Part shown: positions 26,721 through 36,150 of the stretch, piece by piece
Layout: every line of letters begins with the position of its first letter
How positions within the stretch are numbered: position 1 is the stretch's first letter
From: a virus
Lineage: Duplodnaviria > Caudoviricetes
IMG/VR virus record: IMGVR_UViG_3300017648_000192
Location: 1 to 41,882 of that record
Reading direction: 5' to 3' (one strand)
DNA: 41,882 bases
The notes under the pieces: model-generated
Told to the model about the DNA's origin: nothing
Database searches by the model: none
Seen by the model: the letters and a program-made list of their open reading frames with translations, nothing else
Made by a program: the position numbers and the translations under genes

Positions 26721-27067
26721 TGGCACGAGTGGATATTGCGATTACCACAGCGCCGGGCTCCTATGCGGGCGAAAGTGTCGCCGTGATGTTCACGGCAGCG
26801 GACACGTCTGACAAGAACCAGTTCGCACTCACCAACCGGGACGTGGTGCTGATCCACAACACGGGCGGTGGGGCCGCGACGTGGACCGCCACCAGCGTGC
26901 CCGATTCGTACGGGCGCGAGCAACACATCGCGGCGGAATCGATCGCCGCCGGCGCAGTCCATGTGTTCGGTCCGATCGGGCTGAACGGATGGCAACAGAC
27001 GGATGGCGCGTTTTATCTGGAGGCGTCTGCCGCGACGGTCAAGTTCGCGGTAATTCGCCTGCCATAG
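26720..27067 (+). CDS. Putative virion structural protein (beta-rich)
   Basis: Position before tail tube, A/T/G-rich beta pattern. Confidence 0.65.
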   Translation: MARVDIAITTAPGSYAGESVAVMFTAADTSDKNQFALTNRDVVLIHNTGGGAATWTATSVPDSYGREQHIAAESIAAGAVHVFGPIGLNGWQQTDGAFYLEASAATVKFAVIRLP

Positions 27068-27079
27068 GGAGACACGATC

Positions 27080-27502
27080 ATGGCAACCAGTGCGGTTAGT
27101 TCACACGGGACATTCCTCAAGGTCGGAGATGGTGCGACGCCGTCCGAAAACTTCACGACCATTGCCGAGGTGCTGGATATCAGCGGTCCCGGCACCACGC
27201 TCAACACGGAGGACGCGACCAACCACGACAGCGGCGGATGGCGTGAGCCGATCCCGACCATCCTGGAGGGCGGCGAGGTCACGTTCGATATCAACTACTA
27301 CAAGGATTCGACGCAGACGTCGATGCGGGCCGACATGACGAGCCGGACCCGGCGCACCTACCAAATGGTGCTGCCGATCAATCCGGCGGAAACGCTGACG
27401 TTCTCCGGGTATGTGACCAACTTCGAGTACGCGGCACCGGTCGAAGGTATCCTCCGCGCGTCCTGCACCATCATGGTCACGGGACCGATCACCAGTTCGT
27501 AA
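27080..27502 (+). CDS. Major tail tube protein
   Basis: FTTIAEVLDISGPG...DATNHDS.GWRE...GGEVTFDINY...FSGYVT. Confidence 0.9.
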   Translation: MATSAVSSHGTFLKVGDGATPSENFTTIAEVLDISGPGTTLNTEDATNHDSGGWREPIPTILEGGEVTFDINYYKDSTQTSMRADMTSRTRRTYQMVLPINPAETLTFSGYVTNFEYAAPVEGILRASCTIMVTGPITSS

Positions 27503-27546
27503 ACCGTCTGTCCGTCGTTCGTTGTACTGATCAGGAGACCTGAATC

Positions 27547-27942
27547 ATGGCGTTGCTGACCCGAGACGCGATCCTGGGCGCGTCCGATATCCAGACCGAA
27601 GACGTGCACGTTCCCGAGTGGGGCGGCACGGTGCGGGTCAAGGGGCTGACCGCCGCGCAGCGGGATGCGTTTGAGATGGAGTCCGTGCAGGGGCGTGGCA
27701 AGCAGGCCAGCGTCAATTTCGCCAACATCCGGGCGCGACTAGCGGCGAAGTGCATCGTGGGTGAGGACGGGAAGCCGATCTTCACTGAGTTCGACATCAA
27801 GGCGCTGGGGGAGAAATCGTCCAGCGCACTGAATCGTGTGTTCGACGTGTGTAGTCGCCTGTCTGGCATCGGCGAGTCCGATGTGGAGGAACTGTCAAAA
27901 AACTCCGAAGCCGACCAGAGCGAAGGTTCGCCTTCCGCCTAG
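27547..27942 (+). CDS. Tail assembly chaperone (gpG-like)
   Basis: LLTRDAIL...VHVPEWGG.VRVKGL; A AAA AAC slippery site near the end. Confidence 0.88.
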   Translation: MALLTRDAILGASDIQTEDVHVPEWGGTVRVKGLTAAQRDAFEMESVQGRGKQASVNFANIRARLAAKCIVGEDGKPIFTEFDIKALGEKSSSALNRVFDVCSRLSGIGESDVEELSKNSEADQSEGSPSA

Positions 27943-28250
27943 CCCTGGCACTCGGCATGACGGTAGCTGAACTCCTGGACCGCATGAGCAGCCGGGAGTT
28001 CAGCGAATGGATGGCGTATTACGAATTGGAGCCATTCGGCGAGGAACGGGCAGACTTCCGGCAAGCGCTGACAACAAGCGCGGTCGTGAACTCGGTTCAA
28101 GCCCAGACGAAGCATCCGAAGTGGTCGAAGCCGGCCGACTTCATGCCGTTCCGGCACGAGTCGAAGCAGGAACCGAACAAGCCGGCAGATCCAGAGGAGT
28201 TGAAGAAGAAACTGCTTGCGTTCGCTGGCGGAGGGAAGCGGGGATCGTGA
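27897..28250 (+). CDS. Tail assembly chaperone gpGT extension via programmed -1 frameshift
   Basis: AAAAAAC 27897-27903; -1 frame reads LRSRPERRFAFRLALALGMTVAELLDRMSSREFSEWMAYY. Confidence 0.85.
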   Translation, partial: KKLRSRPERRFAFRLALALGMTVAELLDRMSSREFSEWMAYYELEPFGEERADFRQALTTSAVVNSVQAQTKHPKWSKPADFMPFRHESKQEPNKPADPEELKKKLLAFAGGGKRGS

Positions 28251-28252
28251 CG

Positions 28253-28663
28253 CTAGGACAGATACAGCTCAGAAATGAGGCCGTCGGTAAACCTCGCTAC
28301 ATAGAAGACGTGATCGCTGATGGTGTTTCCTGTCGCATCGTTCCCGGTGAATGCAATCAGTGTATGGACCCAATCTCCGGACTCCGCAATCGACATTACA
28401 TCGAATGTGTAATCACTGTATTGACGTTCTCGGTTGGCGAATCCTGCGTCCGACGCGGACCGGAAAGCGTCAATACCCCGGATGTCGAAGTCGGGAATCG
28501 CAACATCCTCAGTGACGAATCTATCAACTTGAGATGTTTCCCCATTTTCGATCACCGTCTCGATAAATACTCGCATGGTGGCGATGTGGTCGCTCTCGCT
28601 GGCGAGAGATGGCCGTAGGGTTAGGGCGGCAATAGCACCGATCACCGCAGAGCGTCGATTCAT
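28253..28663 (-). CDS. Moron: Tat-signal SnoaL/NTF2-like (ester cyclase-type) protein
   Basis: MNRRSAVIGAIAAL twin-Arg signal; RVFIETVIENG...VDRFVTED...GIDAF...FTDGLISE. Confidence 0.7.
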   Translation of the reverse strand: MNRRSAVIGAIAALTLRPSLASESDHIATMRVFIETVIENGETSQVDRFVTEDVAIPDFDIRGIDAFRSASDAGFANRERQYSDYTFDVMSIAESGDWVHTLIAFTGNDATGNTISDHVFYVARFTDGLISELYLS

Positions 28664-28694
28664 GTTTGAGACCTTTCGAGGCTGAGGATGCGAC

Positions 28695-31394
28695 ATGGCC
28701 ACAATTGCAAAACTCGCTGTCGAGCTCAGCCTCGAAGATAACGCATTCAAGCGCGGACTCCAAAATACGCAAGATCAGCTCAACGAGTGGGGGCGGTCGT
28801 TACGTGAGACCGGATCAATGTTCACGGAGAAGTACACGAAGCCACTTCTCCGTGGAGCAATTGCCACCGTGAACATGGCATCTGATCTTGAACAGGCAAT
28901 GGGCAAAACTGAAGCGGTGTTCGGTGACGCCACTGATTCTGTCATCGAGTGGTCGAAAGGGTCCGCGAAAGCCTACGGGTTCGCACAGTCCGACGCGCTA
29001 GCCATGACGGCGACCTACGGCTCCTTGTTCAAGGTCATGGGGTTCACTAACGATCTCGCGGCCGATTATTCCATGAGCCTGATTGGCCTGTCTGCTGACA
29101 TGGCCGCGTTCAACGATGTATCGAACGATCGGGCATCTCAGGCGCTGATGGCCGGCCTCACCGGTGAGTACATGTCCCTCAGGTCGATGGGTATTTTCCT
29201 CAACGAAGCCGCGGTCTCACAGGAAGCGCTCACCATTGCCCAGGCAGAAGGTAGAAGCGAAATCACGGATTCAGATAAAGTTCTTGCCCGATACAATTTG
29301 ATCCTGAAACAGACAGCACAACAGCAGGGACAAGCTGCCCGGGAGGCGAAGGGGTGGGCGAGTCGCGTGCCGCAACTCCGGGCGCAACTCAAGAACCTGG
29401 GGGCGACCATTGGGCAGCAGTTGACGCCATATGCGCTCGTGCTCCTCGACTGGATTGAGAAGATCGTCAGCGGCTTCCAGAACCTCAACCGACCCATTCA
29501 GCAGTTCATTGTCATTGTTCTGGGGGTTGTCGCTGCTCTCGGTCCACTCCTGATCGCTCTCGGTATCCTGATGCCGCTTCTCTCTGCCGGGCTGGGCGTC
29601 TTCGCTGCACTTGTGTCACCGATTGGCCTCGTCGTAGTCGCACTGGCAGCCCTTGCCGCCGGGGTTATCTATGCCTACACGCACTTCGAGGGGTTCCGTA
29701 ACGTTGTCGATTCTGTCATCGGAAAGATCAAAGATGCGATTAGCGTCATCAGTACCTTTACGGCAGCATTCGACAAAATCCAGACGAAGAAAGAAATTGA
29801 GATCTCGGTCTCCGGAGATGACAGCTACATCGAATGGCAGGAACAGCCGGATGGGTCGATCAAGTACGCCGTGATGCATGTCAACGACGACGGCAGCATT
29901 TCGCAAATCGGTGAGGTCATTGACTCGTACACCGATCCGAATGACCCGAACATCGCCCACATCCTGATCAAAGGTGATGACGGTGAGTATTGGACAACGA
30001 TCGACAAGACGACTGGCGAAATCGGCGATGCCACGATCAAGGTGACGGCCGATACAGAAGAGGCACAGAAGCAGATCGGCGGCGTGCTTGCCGGCCTCCT
30101 ACGCATCCGACAGGCGGCTGAGGATCGCGGCATGCCCATGCTGGAAGGCATCGCTCGCTATGCGGCGATGGCGGTGGCTGGCGTGCAGGGACTCATCTGG
30201 TTTTTTCAGGATCTGAAGCAAGCGGTGACAGACACGATCCAGATTGGGGAGACCCTGAGTGACATTGGCTATGGATGGCTGCAGAACATGGCCGATGGAG
30301 CGGAGCGCAAATGGGGCGAACTTGGTGAATGGTTCGGCACCAGAAAAGATCAGGCCGTAACACTCATTGGGTCGCTCTCCGACATCCTGAAACAGCAAGG
30401 ATCTGATCTTTTCGATGGCCTGTGGACTGGCGCAAAGAGCAAATGGGAAGAGATCCGTACATGGGTCACTGGACGTCCTGATCAAATATCGACGGCTATC
30501 GGCGACCTGACGACAACGCTCCTGCAAAAAGGAAAAGACGTACTCGATGGCCTCTGGACAGGTGCGAAATCCAAATGGGAGGAGATCCGAACGTGGGTAA
30601 CGGGCCGCCCCGCACAAGTGGTAACGGCAATCGGTGACATTACCTCAACGCTGACGCAAAAAGGGAAAGACCTGCTCAATGGACTCTGGAGCGGGGCGAA
30701 GACAATCTGGACGTCCATCAATACGTGGTTGGCTGCACGACCTCAGCAGGCCGTGAATGCGATCGGGTCTGTGACCAATACGCTTTACCAGAAGGGCATC
30801 GATCTATTCACCGGATTCTGGAACGGCATGCTGCTGATGTGGTCAAGCCTGTCCGTCTGGCTCAATGGTCTGGGCGGGTTGATCGCAAGCGGTGTTGGGG
30901 ATCTGAGCGGTGCGCTGTGGGATGCCGGGGTACAGATCATCAACGGGCTCATCGGCGGTATCCAGTCGATGGCAGGATCTGCGATTGACGCGGCGAAGGG
31001 CGTCGTGAGTGATGCGATCGAGGGTGCCAAGAATCTGCTAGGAATCAACTCGCCGTCGAAAGTTTTTGCCTGGATCGGCGAGATGTCAATCGCTGGATGG
31101 GTACAGGCGTTCGATCGCAATGCTCGGAAGATGGTTCGACCGGTCGAAGTCGCCGCCAGGGACGTATCGCGGGTTCCGTTCGACATTGCCGAGGCGGCGG
31201 ATATGGCATCTCTCTCGGAGGGGAGCACATATGGCCATGGCGTTGACAGACTCAGGGCGCAGACACAGCCGATCATCAATAACTACTATGCGCTGACCCC
31301 GGAAGATCTCGAGCGTGTATTGAAGGACTCACGCGATGGCGCAGGGTTCGCACGCCAGTTCGGCGCCGAACTGGCAATGCGGGGAGGCCTGTGA
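28695..31394 (+). CDS. Tape measure protein
   Basis: After chaperones; long helical A/G/W-rich; 44-aa repeats; C-terminal LGINSPSKVF. Confidence 0.93.
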   Translation: MATIAKLAVELSLEDNAFKRGLQNTQDQLNEWGRSLRETGSMFTEKYTKPLLRGAIATVNMASDLEQAMGKTEAVFGDATDSVIEWSKGSAKAYGFAQSDALAMTATYGSLFKVMGFTNDLAADYSMSLIGLSADMAAFNDVSNDRASQALMAGLTGEYMSLRSMGIFLNEAAVSQEALTIAQAEGRSEITDSDKVLARYNLILKQTAQQQGQAAREAKGWASRVPQLRAQLKNLGATIGQQLTPYALVLLDWIEKIVSGFQNLNRPIQQFIVIVLGVVAALGPLLIALGILMPLLSAGLGVFAALVSPIGLVVVALAALAAGVIYAYTHFEGFRNVVDSVIGKIKDAISVISTFTAAFDKIQTKKEIEISVSGDDSYIEWQEQPDGSIKYAVMHVNDDGSISQIGEVIDSYTDPNDPNIAHILIKGDDGEYWTTIDKTTGEIGDATIKVTADTEEAQKQIGGVLAGLLRIRQAAEDRGMPMLEGIARYAAMAVAGVQGLIWFFQDLKQAVTDTIQIGETLSDIGYGWLQNMADGAERKWGELGEWFGTRKDQAVTLIGSLSDILKQQGSDLFDGLWTGAKSKWEEIRTWVTGRPDQISTAIGDLTTTLLQKGKDVLDGLWTGAKSKWEEIRTWVTGRPAQVVTAIGDITSTLTQKGKDLLNGLWSGAKTIWTSINTWLAARPQQAVNAIGSVTNTLYQKGIDLFTGFWNGMLLMWSSLSVWLNGLGGLIASGVGDLSGALWDAGVQIINGLIGGIQSMAGSAIDAAKGVVSDAIEGAKNLLGINSPSKVFAWIGEMSIAGWVQAFDRNARKMVRPVEVAARDVSRVPFDIAEAADMASLSEGSTYGHGVDRLRAQTQPIINNYYALTPEDLERVLKDSRDGAGFARQFGAELAMRGGL
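30411..30830 (+). repeat. 132-bp (44-aa) tandem repeats in tape measure gene
   Basis: DGLWTGAKSKWEEIRTWVTGRP units starting ~30411, 30543, 30675, 30807. Confidence 0.85.
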
Positions 31395-31398
31395 TGAT

Positions 31399-31836
31399 CT
31401 ACTCGGGTCGCGCCTGTACCGGATTCGATGACATTTGCTGCCGCATCACATGCTCCAGCATGGCGTCTCGCTTTGCTTGTCGCATGCGCTCCGCCTCGGC
31501 TTCACGGCGATCCTTGACCTTGCCACGCCAGCCGAAGAACGCCATCACAGCCAGAACGAACGATGCACCGGACCATATCCACATATCGGTGTATCCAAGC
31601 GCGGCAGATCCCCATGCAATCGGCATAGCGAGTCCGAGGATGATCGCTGACACCAGCGGGAATGCGATCACGAGCGCACATGCCAAAAGCCACATGAGCG
31701 CAACGAGTAGCCCCAACGCTCCAGCTCCGGCGAGATCGTCGGAACTGGTTGCCGATCCGACGACGTACCCGATCAACGCCTGGAAGAACATCAATAACCC
31801 GAGTAGCAAGCCCAAAATCAGCACGGCAATACGCAT
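31399..31836 (-). CDS. Moron: multi-pass membrane protein
   Basis: GAGGTGA SD before ATG 31836; about four hydrophobic helices and a charged tail. Confidence 0.7.
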   Translation of the reverse strand: MRIAVLILGLLLGLLMFFQALIGYVVGSATSSDDLAGAGALGLLVALMWLLACALVIAFPLVSAIILGLAMPIAWGSAALGYTDMWIWSGASFVLAVMAFFGWRGKVKDRREAEAERMRQAKRDAMLEHVMRQQMSSNPVQARPE

Positions 31837-31896
31837 GATGTCACCTCTTATGGATCTACGTGTCGATGTGTTGATTCTCGCATCAGGAGGGCTGTG

Positions 31897-34455
31897 ATGG
31901 CAACGAACTACGGCCGCCATTCATCCCAATCGCATTACGACTACGGCTACATCGCGCCGGGCCAGATGCGCGGCGTCACATTTGACCGCACGTCGAAGAA
32001 CATGTGGGCGTATCAGCTCGGGATCCTCGCCGGGAAGCACACGGCGGGACCGGACGGATCGCCCGGCAACGTCACGACCCGGCTCGCGCTGTACGCGGTC
32101 GATGGATCGATGAACCCCACAACCCGGCTTGGGTACAGCGACCAGATGACCGTCTCCACGGTGATGAACACGTGGGACGGTGGCGGCAACCAGGTCGCGG
32201 CGATTGCGGTTTCCACGGGTCCGGCGAATACCGCCATCCCGCTGACGGCAAACACCCGGTACCATCTGGCCGTTCTTGGTACGTCCGGCTCGCTCGGGCA
32301 TGGCATGGCTGCCGCCGCATCGATCTCCGGCGACAACCGGAACTTCTACGACCGCTCCGGCCTGTCGCAACCGCCGCCGAATCCGTTCGGCAGCTACAAC
32401 CAGCATTACGAGGGACATGTCTCCATCTGGGCGGTCTGCGAGGACAATGTCGCGCCGAGCAAGCCGGCGGGGCTGTCGCCATCCGGCACGATTCAGGACA
32501 CGGCGCCGGCGTTCAGTGCGCCCTTCGTGGACGCCAACAGCGATCGCGGCGACCAGCTCAACCAGTTCCGGGTTCAGGTCCGGCGCAAGTCGGACAGCGT
32601 GTCGTTTTGGAACGTCACGCTCAACGCGACGAATGCGGAGAAGACCGCGAAGGCGTTCAGTCGCGCCTACGGCGGATCGGCGCTGGCGCGGGGCACGACG
32701 TATCAGTGGCGGACGCAGGTCAGCGACTATTTCGGCACCTGGTCGGAGTGGTCGAACTGGGTGGATTTCACGCCGTCTGCGCTGGGTCTGATCACCCTCA
32801 ACGGGGCACCGACCAGCAAGATCGAAGAGAACCAACCCGCGTTTCAGGGACGATGGACGCACCAAACCAGCACGTCGATGAAGCGCGTACAAATCAGGCT
32901 CTACAACGGAACCGGGTCGATCCTGCTCCAGACCGGCGCCGACTACGATATCGCCGACGTAGCCTCGTCTGCGGCACCTGGCACGTTGTTCACCGTCCCG
33001 TGGGCGAACGCTGGCCTGTCCGCGCTGAGCTGGGGCACGGACTATCAATACAGCATGCGCGGCTATGACGGGTCGCAATGGTCTGACTGGTCGGCAAAAC
33101 GATCCTTCCGCACCAATGCCGCGCCATCGGTCCCGAGCAACCTGTCGCCGAACGCGCCGCCAACGCCGCTTACCAGCATGCCGCTGCTGATCTGCAAGGC
33201 GACCGACGTTGATGACACCGTGGCAACGGGGCTGAAGGTCTACGCCCGGATCAAAAACAACAGCGGCACGGTGCTGCAAACGCGGGAGATGACGTACAAG
33301 TCATCATCCGATCGCTGGGAATACCAGACGACCAGCACCGACCTGGCATCATTCGCCAAATACCGCTGGGATGCGTACAGCTACGACGGCACCCTGTACA
33401 GCGGCGAAAAGACGAGCGCTGGCACCGCGACGACATCCGCCGAGGGCACATTCGAGTACGCGGCCGGTCCGGTGGTAACGATCACGAGCCCGACGGATGG
33501 CGAAACGCTCACCAGCAGCAGCGTCACCGTGGCATGGACGGTGGCGAACGGCACGCCATTCCGCGCGGTCGTCACGATCTACGACGACGATGGCGAGATC
33601 GTGAGCCGGACCACCGACGTCACCACAAATCCCATCACCCTACCGAGCCCCGGTATCCGGACCGGTCAGTCGTACACGCTCGATGTTGAGGTCACGACCA
33701 CGACATCGCTGGTCGGACTGTCCGCACCGGTCGCGTTCGATGTGGCGTATCCGGCGCCGGACGCGCTCGCCAACGTGCAGGCGACGGCGATCAAGATCGG
33801 CACGGACATCTGGGAGTCCGCAATCCGGATCGACTGGGACCAAACGACGTACCCGTCCGGCGACTGGGTGGACTACACCATCGTGCGGCAGGACAACCCG
33901 GACATCACTGTATTTGCGGGCACGTCGCCGACCGATACGGTGTTCATCGATTATTTCCCGCCATCGGGCGACGACGTGAGTTACATCGTCACGCAATCCA
34001 TTCTCGTCGGGCTGGACACGCTCGTCAGCGTGCCGGTGGTGGTGACGGCGCGGATCGATCTGGGCGGCGTCGTACTGTGCAGCACGCGAGATCCCGAGGG
34101 CGTGCGCACCACGCTGCGGTACACCAGCGAGCGGGAACACGACCGGACGATCGATCAGACCGCCTATTACCCGCTCTCCGGCGCCAACCCGACGACGCTG
34201 CGGTCCCGGCAATACGTCCGCGAGCCGGGCTTCGACGTGCAGTTGTTCGATGATGCATCGGCATCGTCGCACGACCGTCGACGCGAGTTGGAGATCGTCG
34301 ACCGATCCGGCGACACGCTCTGTTACCGGGACAACCACGGGCGGAAGATGTTTGTGACGATGCCCGAATGCCGGATCACCGACCAGGTGCCCGACTGGTA
34401 CGTGGGAACGATCGGCCTGCGCGAGGAGCGGTACAGCGAGGAGGTCGAGTCGTGA
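31897..34455 (+). CDS. Distal-tail-position protein with FN3/Ig-like repeats
   Basis: First + strand gene after tape measure; YQWRTQV..WSEWS and YQYSMRGYDG..WSDWS repeats. Confidence 0.75.
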   Translation: MATNYGRHSSQSHYDYGYIAPGQMRGVTFDRTSKNMWAYQLGILAGKHTAGPDGSPGNVTTRLALYAVDGSMNPTTRLGYSDQMTVSTVMNTWDGGGNQVAAIAVSTGPANTAIPLTANTRYHLAVLGTSGSLGHGMAAAASISGDNRNFYDRSGLSQPPPNPFGSYNQHYEGHVSIWAVCEDNVAPSKPAGLSPSGTIQDTAPAFSAPFVDANSDRGDQLNQFRVQVRRKSDSVSFWNVTLNATNAEKTAKAFSRAYGGSALARGTTYQWRTQVSDYFGTWSEWSNWVDFTPSALGLITLNGAPTSKIEENQPAFQGRWTHQTSTSMKRVQIRLYNGTGSILLQTGADYDIADVASSAAPGTLFTVPWANAGLSALSWGTDYQYSMRGYDGSQWSDWSAKRSFRTNAAPSVPSNLSPNAPPTPLTSMPLLICKATDVDDTVATGLKVYARIKNNSGTVLQTREMTYKSSSDRWEYQTTSTDLASFAKYRWDAYSYDGTLYSGEKTSAGTATTSAEGTFEYAAGPVVTITSPTDGETLTSSSVTVAWTVANGTPFRAVVTIYDDDGEIVSRTTDVTTNPITLPSPGIRTGQSYTLDVEVTTTTSLVGLSAPVAFDVAYPAPDALANVQATAIKIGTDIWESAIRIDWDQTTYPSGDWVDYTIVRQDNPDITVFAGTSPTDTVFIDYFPPSGDDVSYIVTQSILVGLDTLVSVPVVVTARIDLGGVVLCSTRDPEGVRTTLRYTSEREHDRTIDQTAYYPLSGANPTTLRSRQYVREPGFDVQLFDDASASSHDRRRELEIVDRSGDTLCYRDNHGRKMFVTMPECRITDQVPDWYVGTIGLREERYSEEVES

Positions 34456-35531
34456 ACGGTGGGGACATCATCGTCGATTACGAGCTCTGGCGGGCGACGA
34501 TCGACAACCAGCTCGTCGAGAACATCACCGACGTGTTTACGGGCGGACAGGCATCGCTCAACCATGACCGGGCGATCTCCACGCAAGCCACGTTCGAGGT
34601 CCGGGACGCGGCGGCGATCGATCCGTACACGGACTATCTCGCCGTGTTCCTCAATCGCGAATATACCGACGGACGGCCATCGGAGCGCGATCAGCTCGGG
34701 CTTTACACCGCCGGCGTGCCGACTGGCGTGCGTACCGTCGAGATCGCCGAGGGTGTTTATGTCGGCAACGACCTGACGGCCGTGCTGGCCCGGAACGCCT
34801 TCCGCGATACCTACAACATCACGGCGGGGACGAACTACGTCACGGCGGTCATCGCGATCATCGGTCTGACCGACCTGACGCGGTACAGCATTATCCCGAC
34901 CGATCAGGTGCTGGCATCCCCGCGATCGTTTCCCGTGGGCACCACGTACCTCGAGGCGTGCAACATCCTACTGGAGGCGATCGGCTACTACCACATGGCG
35001 ATGGCTCCGGACGGCACGCTGGTCAGCATGCCCAGCCGCAACATCGAATACGTCGAACCGTACCGGATGATCACGCCCGACGACCTGATGGCGCCGGTCA
35101 TCCCACAACCGACCGACACGACCGTCGCCAACGTCGTGATCGTCGTGAAAGACAACCTGAACGAACCGCCGCTGAGCGCAGTCCGCGTCAACGACGATCC
35201 GGCGAGCCCAACATCCACACACAATCTCGGCATCATCACACGAGTCGAGACGCGATCCGAGCTGGCGGATCAGGCAGCCGTCAACGCGCTGGCGGACCGC
35301 CTGCTCTCCGAGGGCCGCACGTTTTACCAGACCGCACGCACGACACTGCTGCCCGATCCGGGCATCCTGTTTCCGCATCAGACCGTCGATATGCAGGGCG
35401 TCGGTCGGTTGTCGATCCTCGACGGTCGCTGGTGGGTTCGGACGGCGACGATGGGCTTTTCGCCGGCATCCGGCGGCGCAGTCGTGGAACTGAACCGCGT
35501 GACTGACCGCATCAAGGGAACGATTGTTTAA
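34452..35531 (+). CDS. Tail tip/baseplate hub protein
   Basis: GTG overlapping previous stop with GAGGAGG SD; ANVVIV...DDPASPTS...G, PDP...TV...WWV pattern of siphovirus hub proteins. Confidence 0.75.
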   Translation: MNGGDIIVDYELWRATIDNQLVENITDVFTGGQASLNHDRAISTQATFEVRDAAAIDPYTDYLAVFLNREYTDGRPSERDQLGLYTAGVPTGVRTVEIAEGVYVGNDLTAVLARNAFRDTYNITAGTNYVTAVIAIIGLTDLTRYSIIPTDQVLASPRSFPVGTTYLEACNILLEAIGYYHMAMAPDGTLVSMPSRNIEYVEPYRMITPDDLMAPVIPQPTDTTVANVVIVVKDNLNEPPLSAVRVNDDPASPTSTHNLGIITRVETRSELADQAAVNALADRLLSEGRTFYQTARTTLLPDPGILFPHQTVDMQGVGRLSILDGRWWVRTATMGFSPASGGAVVELNRVTDRIKGTIV

Positions 35532-35534
35532 ATG

Positions 35535-36023
35535 CTATTTCACGTGACGCCATGTGCGACCAAAAACCGCATCTCGAATAGTCGCGGGATCGACACCATA
35601 TCGCCGCGCCTCTCTCGCATAGAATCCGTAGGGCGCGTTTTTGGCCAGCTTGCGCAGACGTTTTACCGCCATATCGTTCAACTTTGCCTGAGGCGACTCA
35701 CTGCCATGATGAGCGATAACCATTCGTCCTTTGCGGATCATATCTTGTGTATTATCGCGATTCGTCCCCAGGAACAAATGAGAGGGATTGCAGCATCTCG
35801 GGTTGTCACAGGCGTGACAGACAACCATTCCGTCCGGAATAGAGCCCTTGACGAGCATCCATGCGACTCGGTGGGAAGAGATCGCTTTGCGATGAACCCA
35901 AAATTGTCCATATCCAGACGGAATCGTACAGGCTTGCCATTCCCAGCAGGTGGAAAAGTCGCTACTCGTTTCCACCTTCTCCCAGAATCGCTTTATGTCA
36001 CTTGGTGTAAAATCCGGGTGCAT
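35535..36023 (-). CDS. HNH homing endonuclease with C-terminal HTH
   Basis: RFWEKV, CWEWQ, SHRVAW, VCHACDNPRCCNPSHLFLGTNRDNTQDM. Confidence 0.93.
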   Translation of the reverse strand: MHPDFTPSDIKRFWEKVETSSDFSTCWEWQACTIPSGYGQFWVHRKAISSHRVAWMLVKGSIPDGMVVCHACDNPRCCNPSHLFLGTNRDNTQDMIRKGRMVIAHHGSESPQAKLNDMAVKRLRKLAKNAPYGFYAREARRYGVDPATIRDAVFGRTWRHVK

Positions 36024-36113
36024 TCTGATCGCCTCCTACATAGGCTGATTGGAGTGCCGTGCCTCGGGCTGTTCCACCAGCGCCGGGGCTTTCTGCGTGT
36101 CTCAATTATACCA
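36021..36113 (-). promoter_or_regulatory. Extended -10 promoter plus two-hairpin leader (copy 3, diverged)
   Basis: Minus strand TGgTATAAT, then GCCCCGG-C-GCTG-gtggaa-CAGC-CCGAGGC, then hairpin over TAGGAGG. Confidence 0.55.
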
Positions 36114-36150
36114 ATTTCCGCGCGGTTATGGGCCTTTTGGAGGTAACGGT

